A stretch of 64,000 bases of DNA from Pseudomonadota bacterium (lineage in GTDB: Bacteria > Pseudomonadota > Gammaproteobacteria > JAKAQQ01): the NCBI GenBank assembly GCA_027338645.1, contig DAHWSH010000002.1, positions 24,510 to 88,509 of the forward strand, given 5' to 3'. Under the pieces are notes generated by a model. That model searched no databases. It saw only the letters and a program-made list of their open reading frames with translations, and was not told the origin of the DNA. Positions 56,840-64,000 of this stretch are shown piece after piece; the first letter of the stretch is position 1; each line of letters opens with the position of its first letter. The translations under genes and the position numbers were made by a program.

Positions 56840-59057
56840 GGGCAGAGGAAACCAGGACTTGTCGGAAGCCATTGGACTGGAGCGGACCGACCAGGCCTTC
56901 GTGTTCCATGCGCTCCACCAGCCGGGCCGCACGGTTGTATCCGATTCTGAACCGGCGTTGCACCATCGAAACCGAGGCCCGTCGGGTCTCCAAAACCAGA
57001 CGAACCGCCTCCGAATAAAACTCATCGTTCGCGTCTCCCGCAGGCTCAGGCAGCAATGGATCGGAGACCAACAGGGAGTCGGCCTCCTCAGCCACCTGCA
57101 CCATGTCAATGTACTGTGGACTCCCGGCCTGCCGCAGCCAGTTGACCACGCGATGGACCTCGCTATCCGAAACATAGGCTCCATGGACACGCTGGGGCAC
57201 TGTCTGGCCCGGAGGCAGGAACAGCATGTCCCCATTTCCGAGAAGGGCCTCGGCCCCATTCTGGTCAAGAATGATCCGGGAATCGGTCTTCGAGGTGATC
57301 TGGAAGGCAATGCGGGCTGGAATATTGGCCTTGATGAGGCCCGTGATGACGTCCACCGACGGCCGCTGCGTCGCCAGGATGAGATGCATCCCGGAGGCTC
57401 TCGCCTTCTGGGCCAGCCGGGCAAAGAGCTCATCCACCTTTTTCCCGAGAACCAGCATCAGGTCCGCCAGTTCATCCACCACCATCACAATATGAGGGAG
57501 GGGCTCCGGAGGAGGCGCCTCTAACCCACCCCCCACGGAACCCGGTGAACTCTCCGAAAGATAGAAACCAGAGCGCGGCTCTTTTGCCAGCTCATGAACC
57601 TTCCGGTTGTATCCGGCCAGGCTTCTCACACCATGCTCAGCCATCAGCTGGTAGCGTCGCTCCATCTCACGGATCGCCCATCGCAAAACCCCCGCCGTCT
57701 GCTTGCTATCGGTCACAACCGGCGTCAGAAGGTGAGGCACCCCTTGATAGACCGAAAGCTCGAGCATTTTGGGATCGACGAGGATCAGGCGAATCTGTTC
57801 GGGAGTGGATTTGTAAAGCAGGCTCAGGATCATCGCATTCAAGGCCACCGATTTCCCGGACCCCGTGGTACCGGCGATCAGCAAGTGCGGCATGCGTTCG
57901 AGATCCGTCACGACGGGCTGCCCGCTGATATCTTTTCCCAGGGCCAGGGTCAAGGGGGACGTGGCCGACTCGTAGGCCCGCGAACAGAGAATTTCCCCGA
58001 GGGTCACGATTTCTCGCTTCTCGTTAGGCACCTCGAGTCCCACGGCTGACTTTCCCGGAATGTTTTCGACCACCCGGACACTCACAACCGACAGCGCGCG
58101 AGCCAGATCCTTGACCAGGCCGGTGATCTGGCTGACCTTGACCCCGGGGGCAGGCTCCAGTTCAAAACGAGTCACGACGGGTCCGGGGGTGACGGCAGTC
58201 ACTCGGGCGGCAATCCCGAAGTCCTTGAGCTTGAGCTCCACAATCCGGGACATGGCTGAAAGGGCCTGTTCCGAATAACGGCCCAAGGGTTCGGATGGCG
58301 TATCGAGGAGCGTCAAGGGAGGGCGTTCAACCCCACCGATCTCCTTGAACAGAATCTGCTGACGCTCCGTCTCAAGACGCAATCCGGGCTCCAGTCGCTC
58401 GACGGTGGGTTCAATCCGGACCTCGCTTCTCGGCGCACCGGGCTCGTCTGGATCCCATGGCTGAGGACGGGGCCTGGCGAGGGGGGGTTCCCGCCGTCGT
58501 CCCCGCTGGGAGATTACGGCCCAGAGACCGGCAAACCCCTGCTTCAGGGTGTCTCCCAGCCAGCGCAGCAATCCCAGCCACGACCAACGAGTGCTCAGGG
58601 AAATCCCGGCCAAGATCAAAGCGCCCAATAACAGGGCGGTTCCCCCGGGATTCAGAACCGCATCGCTCGAGCGCGCAAGCTCGAAACCGATGATCCCTCC
58701 CGGACCCGCAGGCAACACGGAGATGGGATGCCAGACGGAGAAGAGACCGCTCAAGGCCACCACGGTCACCAGTCCACCACCGGTTCTGAGCCAGAACTCA
58801 CGCCGGGAACGCAGGATCGGTGGTTTATGGATGAGCAGGCCCAACCCGGCCAAGAAGACCGGCACGAGATAGGCAGACCAGCCCCACAGCAAAAACAAAA
58901 GGTCAGAGGTCCAGGCGCCGAAGGGACCCATCCAGTTCTGGACCTCTGTTCCGGAGCCGGCAAAGGTAAAACTGTGATCGGACGGACTGTAACTCAGCAA
59001 GGAGAGAAGAAGGATCGCAGCCAGGGAAAAACTGAGCCAGAGCAGACCCTCACGCAC
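56829..59057 (-). CDS. ftsK: DNA translocase FtsK
   Basis: N-terminal TM helices, a Pro-rich linker, the motor domain (HLLIAGTTGSGKSVALN, VVDELADLM) and the C-terminal gamma winged helix (SVSMVQRRFRIGYNRAARLVERME). Confidence 0.95.
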   Translation of the reverse strand: MREGLLWLSFSLAAILLLSLLSYSPSDHSFTFAGSGTEVQNWMGPFGAWTSDLLFLLWGWSAYLVPVFLAGLGLLIHKPPILRSRREFWLRTGGGLVTVVALSGLFSVWHPISVLPAGPGGIIGFELARSSDAVLNPGGTALLLGALILAGISLSTRWSWLGLLRWLGDTLKQGFAGLWAVISQRGRRREPPLARPRPQPWDPDEPGAPRSEVRIEPTVERLEPGLRLETERQQILFKEIGGVERPPLTLLDTPSEPLGRYSEQALSAMSRIVELKLKDFGIAARVTAVTPGPVVTRFELEPAPGVKVSQITGLVKDLARALSVVSVRVVENIPGKSAVGLEVPNEKREIVTLGEILCSRAYESATSPLTLALGKDISGQPVVTDLERMPHLLIAGTTGSGKSVALNAMILSLLYKSTPEQIRLILVDPKMLELSVYQGVPHLLTPVVTDSKQTAGVLRWAIREMERRYQLMAEHGVRSLAGYNRKVHELAKEPRSGFYLSESSPGSVGGGLEAPPPEPLPHIVMVVDELADLMLVLGKKVDELFARLAQKARASGMHLILATQRPSVDVITGLIKANIPARIAFQITSKTDSRIILDQNGAEALLGNGDMLFLPPGQTVPQRVHGAYVSDSEVHRVVNWLRQAGSPQYIDMVQVAEEADSLLVSDPLLPEPAGDANDEFYSEAVRLVLETRRASVSMVQRRFRIGYNRAARLVERMEHEGLVGPLQSNGFRQVLVSSAHED

Positions 59058-59141
59058 CCCATGGGCAAACTCGGCATTCCACAGGATGCGGGGCTTGCGG
59101 GGTAGAGTGGATTTCAGCCGGCGGCTGATGGCAAACCCTCC

Positions 59142-60200
59142 TCAGGATTTCAGGAGAGCCGGATGCACGATGCGCCCGTTCTCCACATTGACGCCACGCA
59201 CGAGGGACTCCTGCTGCCGCCATGTCCCGTCAGCCAGACGCATCGCATAGGGGGTAATGGCCGCAGACAGCGCTTGGGAACTGGTCCGGGGAACGGCACC
59301 CGGCATATTGGTCACGGTGAAATGGGTGACTCCCTCCCACACATAAGTGGGTTTTTCATAGGTCGTCGGCACGGTGGATTCGATGCATCCGCCCTGATCC
59401 ACCGAAATGTCGACCACGACACTCCCCGGCTGCATGGACTGCACCATCGTTTTGGAGATGACATGAGGAGCCTTCTCCCCGGTCACGAGCACCGCACCGA
59501 CCACGAGATCGGCCTGTGCCACGCTGCGGGCGACGTCTTCGGCATGGGCGTAGAGGGCCGTCACATTGGGTCCAAGCTGACGCATCTTTTCCAGCTTGTC
59601 AAGGTCGAGATCGAAAACGGTGACCTGGGCACCGAGTGCCGCTGCCACCTCGGCCGCGCTTCCTCCGGCCACACCCGCACCGACGATGGTGACCCGTCCA
59701 CGTCGTGCCGCGGTTACCCCCCCCAATAGAATCCCCTTGCCCCCCTCGGGCTGGTGCAGGAGGTGGGTGCCGATCTGGATGGACAGGCGACCTGCAATGT
59801 CGCTCATCGGGGCCAAGAGCGGCAATCGCCGGTTCTCCTCGACGGTTTCGAAAGCAATGGCGGTGAGACCGATCCGCAGCAGCGCCTCGGTCAGTTTCGG
59901 CACCGGAGCCAGATGCAAGTAACAAAAGAGCAGATGATGGCGCGCCAGGCAGTCCAGATCTTCAGCAATCGGTTCCTTGACCTTGATGACGAGCTCGCTG
60001 TTTTCGAACAGCTCCCGGTGATTTTGGGCAATCCGACACCCCACCGACTGGTACAGGGCATCGGGATATCCGCTCTGAACACCCGCCTGGCTCTCGACCC
60101 AGACTTCATGTCCTCGTCTGGCCAGTTCGGCGGCCGCCGCCGGAATCAGGCCCACCCGGCCCTCTTTGGGTTTGAGTTCTCGGGGAATACCAACTCGCAT
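59142..60200 (-). CDS. ald: alanine dehydrogenase
   Basis: MRVGIPRELKPKEGRVGLIPA, KVKEP, LLAPMSDIAGR, GGKGILLGGV, VTIVGAGVAGGSAA and NMPGAVPRTSSQAL align along the whole length with known Ald proteins. Confidence 0.9.
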   Translation of the reverse strand: MRVGIPRELKPKEGRVGLIPAAAAELARRGHEVWVESQAGVQSGYPDALYQSVGCRIAQNHRELFENSELVIKVKEPIAEDLDCLARHHLLFCYLHLAPVPKLTEALLRIGLTAIAFETVEENRRLPLLAPMSDIAGRLSIQIGTHLLHQPEGGKGILLGGVTAARRGRVTIVGAGVAGGSAAEVAAALGAQVTVFDLDLDKLEKMRQLGPNVTALYAHAEDVARSVAQADLVVGAVLVTGEKAPHVISKTMVQSMQPGSVVVDISVDQGGCIESTVPTTYEKPTYVWEGVTHFTVTNMPGAVPRTSSQALSAAITPYAMRLADGTWRQQESLVRGVNVENGRIVHPALLKS

Positions 60201-60250
60201 GGAAACCTACCTCGATGGCAGCCGCTCCAGCGATCCGGGATGGAGAGGCG

Positions 60251-60259
60251 TGATAGAAT
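60251..60259 (+). promoter_or_regulatory. extended -10 promoter candidate (TGaTAGAAT) upstream of trxB
   Basis: TG at 60251-60252 and TAGAAT at 60254-60259. This would give a leader of about 115 nt before the trxB ATG at 60380. Confidence 0.35.
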
Positions 60260-60370
60260 TCTCCCACTGGCCTGACGCATCCTCCCGAACTGCCCTGCAT
60301 CAAGCCAAAAAGCAACGGGCCGCATGGCGCAAGGACGAAAGCGACTCATCCCGACCCTTCTGAGTGGTGA

Positions 60371-61330
<960 letters not shown>

Positions 61331-61335
61331 GGTCC

Positions 61336-61362
61336 GGCAGGAGGCGATCTTCGCCTCCTGCC
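61336..61362 (+). terminator. 12-bp perfect stem-loop just after trxB (terminator candidate, no U-tract)
   Basis: GGCAGGAGGCGA-tct-TCGCCTCCTGCC, starting 6 nt after the trxB stop. A second 5-bp hairpin CCCTG-aagtg-CAGGG follows (61361-61375). Confidence 0.5.
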
Positions 61363-61473
61363 CTGAAGTGCAGGGTCCGTGATAGCAGGCGGAGTCCAAA
61401 CAGTTGAAGAAGGAGACCGTATGATGCACAATTGCGGATGTTTTACCCCTGCCTCTGCGCCCTCTAGAACTCC

Positions 61474-61692
61474 ATGCCCAAAGAAGACAACATCGAAATG
61501 GAAGGAGTCGTGGTTGAGACCCTGCCGAACACGACCTTCCGAGTCAAGCTCGACAATGGGCACATCGTCCTCGCCCATATCTCGGGTCGCATGCGGAAGA
61601 ACTACATCCGGATTCTGACCGGGGACCGCGTCACGGTCCAGCTCACCCCCTACGACCTGAGCAAGGGCCGTATCACGTACCGGGGGCGCTAG
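61474..61692 (+). CDS. infA: translation initiation factor IF-1
   Basis: [72 protein letters not shown]. Confidence 0.97.
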   Translation: MPKEDNIEMEGVVVETLPNTTFRVKLDNGHIVLAHISGRMRKNYIRILTGDRVTVQLTPYDLSKGRITYRGR

Positions 61693-62662
61693 CGTCCTTT
61701 CTGAGGCTGGCCCACAGACCAGGATCGACGTTCCCTCCGGTCAGAATCAGTCCAACTCGGGCCCGTTCAGGCAGCGGAGTTCTGGAGAGAGCCGCGAGGA
61801 CGGTTGCGGCCGAGGGCTCGACCACCATCCGCAACTCCTCGAAACCCCACCGGACGGCATTGCGGATCTCTGGGTCAGTCACGGTCAAAACCTGATCCAC
61901 CCATTTCTGGATGATCGGAAAGGTCAGGGTCCCCACGAAGGCACGTAGTCCATCCGCCACGGTATCCGGAGCCGGATGGGGGATCCGGGTGCCCGCCTCC
62001 AGCGAGCGCTGGGTGTCATTGGCTCCTTCGGGTTCGACCCCGATCAGTCGCAGACGGGGCCGTCGGGTACGAACCGTGACGGCCGTTCCGCTGATCAACC
62101 CTCCTCCGCCGATCGGCACGAACAACCAATCGAGATCCGGGATGTCATCCAGGAATTCGTCCGCGACCGTTCCCTGACCGGCCATCACGGCCGGATGGTC
62201 GTAGGGGTGAATCGCGACCCGCCCCCGTTCCTGAACCAGGCGGGCCAATGCTTCCTCACGGCCCTTTTGGGTTGGTTCACAGGTCACGAGTTCAGCCCCG
62301 TAATGGCGGATCAGATCCATTTTTTGCGGCGAGGCATTTTCAGGAACGACAACGGTTGCGGGGATACCCCGGGCTCGTGCGGCATAGGCCACGGCGGTTC
62401 CATGGTTTCCGGAAGAATGAGTGGCGACTCCATAACGCGCCTCTGCTTCCGTCAGGCTCATGACGGCATTGAGGGCCCCGCGGATCTTGAATGCCCCAAT
62501 GGGCGTCAGGTTCTCACACTTGACATACACGCGGAGACCACGCTTGCCGGACCGCTCTTCAAAGGCATACCATCGATGGATCGGGGTCGGTTCGAGACCG
62601 TGGTGGCGGATGCGCGCGCGGGCACATTGGATGTCCGGATAATCAATCACAAATTGTGACAT
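61673..62662 (-). CDS. PLP-dependent threonine/serine dehydratase family enzyme (fold type II)
   Basis: PLP-lysine motif [15 protein letters not shown], the HSSGNHG phosphate loop and a GGGGLISG loop. At 329 aa it has no ACT regulatory domain. Confidence 0.8.
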   Translation of the reverse strand: MSQFVIDYPDIQCARARIRHHGLEPTPIHRWYAFEERSGKRGLRVYVKCENLTPIGAFKIRGALNAVMSLTEAEARYGVATHSSGNHGTAVAYAARARGIPATVVVPENASPQKMDLIRHYGAELVTCEPTQKGREEALARLVQERGRVAIHPYDHPAVMAGQGTVADEFLDDIPDLDWLFVPIGGGGLISGTAVTVRTRRPRLRLIGVEPEGANDTQRSLEAGTRIPHPAPDTVADGLRAFVGTLTFPIIQKWVDQVLTVTDPEIRNAVRWGFEELRMVVEPSAATVLAALSRTPLPERARVGLILTGGNVDPGLWASLRKDASAPGT

Positions 62663-62786
62663 GAGCGCTGGCCATAGTCATGGAAACGGGATTCCGTGAT
62701 TTTACGGGATTGCGGCCGGCGGGGGGCTGCCCCGGGACGGGTTCCTGTCGTATCATGTACGAGACCTCCAACGACTCGGGCCAGCC

Positions 62787-63146
62787 ATGGACCAGATTCC
62801 TTCGATTTCCATTGATGAGCTTGAGCAGCGGATCGAATCCGGCGAGTCGATCACACTGCTCGATGTCCGCACGACGGAAGAGTATGAAAGAATTCATGCG
62901 GTCGGGGCGCTTCTGATTCCTCTAGATGAGCTCACCGTACCGAACCTCAGGGAAAAGCTCAAACAGCACGCCTGCCCGCCGGAGGCACCGATCTATGTGC
63001 TGTGCCACTCGGGTCGTCGGGCCATGAATGCCTGTGAACAGGTTTTTGAACATCTGCCCAACGTCGTCCACGTCCAGGGAGGAACCCTGGCTTGGGCACA
63101 GCAAGGTTTGCCCGTGGCTTCGGGGCCTGAACCGCAACCGTACTGA
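62787..63146 (+). CDS. single-domain rhodanese-like sulfurtransferase
   Basis: 119 aa. LLDVRTTEEYE and the active-site loop CHSGRRA. Confidence 0.8.
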   Translation: MDQIPSISIDELEQRIESGESITLLDVRTTEEYERIHAVGALLIPLDELTVPNLREKLKQHACPPEAPIYVLCHSGRRAMNACEQVFEHLPNVVHVQGGTLAWAQQGLPVASGPEPQPY

Positions 63147-63195
63147 CGGGGTTTAAACCGGTGGGGAGTATTCGAGTCAATCAGGGAAAAACTCC

Positions 63196-64000
63196 ATGAC
63201 CTTTAGTCTCCGCACCAATCTTCAGATGCATGCCGTGGTCTTGGACGCTTTTGGCGGACCGGAATCGCTGACCTATCGCCTCCAGCCTCGCCCCAAACCC
63301 GGTCCCGGATCACTGCTCGTCCGGGTCATGGCGGCATCCGTCAACCCCATCGACTACAAGATCCGGCTTAATGGGGCGTGGACCGACATTCGCCCCCCCG
63401 CGATCATCGGTGCCGATGCGGCGGGCGTGGTGGAAGAGACCGGAATCGGAGTGACCCGGTTCCGGAAAGGTGACGAGGTTTTCTACGCTGCAGAAATCTC
63501 GCAAATGACTCCGGGAACTTATGCGGAATACCATGTGGTTCCAGAAACTCTGGTTGCCTACAAACCCGGGAACCTGAGTTTTGTGGAAGCCGCGAGCCTA
63601 CCCCTCGCGGCCTCGACCGCCTGGCAGGCACTGTTTGAACGGGGGCACATCGAGATTGGGGATACCGTCCTGATCCATGCCGGTTCGGGCGGTGTCGGTT
63701 CCGCGGCCATTCAGATGGCCAAGGCAGCCGGCGCACGGGTCATCACCACCTGCCGGAAGAGTAACGTGGACCTCGTGGTCCGGCTGGGAGCGGATGTCGC
63801 GATCGACTACCGTGTCGAAAATGTGGTCGATGCCGTCCGCAAGATTATCGGCGCCGATTCCGTCGATACCATTCTCGACACGGTGGGGGGGCCGGTTTTC
63901 GCCCAAAACCTCGAGTTGGTCAAACCCCGTGGACGGATCCTGAGCATCACGGCCAGTGAGACGCCGCTCAGGCGGGCTTACCAGAAAAATATTGACCTCC
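63196..64000 (+). CDS. zinc-independent MDR-family NADPH:quinone oxidoreductase (the 3' end runs off the right edge)
   Basis: My translation from the ATG at 63196 gives MTFSLRTNLQMHAVVLDAFGGPESLTY...VNPIDYKIR...GDEVF...LIHAGSGGVGSAAIQMAKAAGARVI. It is not in the ORF track because there is no stop in the window. Confidence 0.85.
   Translation, partial: MTFSLRTNLQMHAVVLDAFGGPESLTYRLQPRPKPGPGSLLVRVMAASVNPIDYKIRLNGAWTDIRPPAIIGADAAGVVEETGIGVTRFRKGDEVFYAAEISQMTPGTYAEYHVVPETLVAYKPGNLSFVEAASLPLAASTAWQALFERGHIEIGDTVLIHAGSGGVGSAAIQMAKAAGARVITTCRKSNVDLVVRLGADVAIDYRVENVVDAVRKIIGADSVDTILDTVGGPVFAQNLELVKPRGRILSITASETPLRRAYQKNIDL

Noticed and set aside
56840-57433. 198-codon upstream extension of the lolA ORF, which would give a 421-aa protein
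   Set aside because: The extension overlaps the conserved C-terminal motor and gamma domains of ftsK in another frame. It translates to R/S/P/W/C-rich sequence with no LolA similarity. LolA similarity and a signal peptide begin at the ATG at 56839.

Overview
This is a GC-rich (roughly 60% by eye), very gene-dense chromosomal segment made up almost entirely of housekeeping genes. I count about 60 protein-coding genes and 3 tRNAs (Leu-CAG, Pro-GGG, Val-GAC). I recognise no rRNA, CRISPR array, transposase, integrase or phage genes. The gene order strings together several synteny blocks known from Pseudomonas/E. coli-type Gammaproteobacteria. Block 1: radA-alr-dnaB-rplI-(membrane protein)-rpsR-rpsF-rlmB-rnr, then tRNA-Leu, then purA-hflC-hflK-hflX-hfq-miaA-mutL-amiB-tsaE-nnr, divergent from queG. 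Block 2: fnr divergent from hemN, followed by a di-iron protein and photolyase. Block 3: dnaJ-dnaK-grpE-hrcA divergent from nadK-recN-bamE, then rnfH-ratA divergent from smpB. Block 4: tRNA-Pro-MerR-ihfA-pheT-pheS-rplT-rpmI-infC-thrS. Block 5: uvrB, and rarA-lolA-ftsK-ald divergent from trxB-infA. I do not see a convincing novel multi-gene system, such as a defence island, mobile element or biosynthetic cluster, and I prefer to say so rather than invent one. What does stand out is small-scale. The main items are: (1) a 115-nt, 22% GC island between tsaE and amiB that also supplies the last codons of tsaE; (2) a perfect FNR/ANR box in the fnr-hemN divergent region; (3) a sigma-32-type promoter in front of dnaK inside an hrcA-containing operon with no visible CIRCE; (4) a perfect 20-nt palindrome between infC and rpmI whose T-tract sits on the antisense strand; (5) an ATC start for infC; (6) an AT-rich promoter-like patch inside pheT upstream of ihfA; (7) a few poorly characterised single genes (an orphan ArsS-like radical SAM protein, a di-iron ferritin-like protein, a membrane-anchored NERD protein, and very divergent HflK/HflC). 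All coordinates come from manual reading. Start codons are often uncertain by tens of nucleotides, because the ORF track extends to the most upstream start, including alternative start codons.
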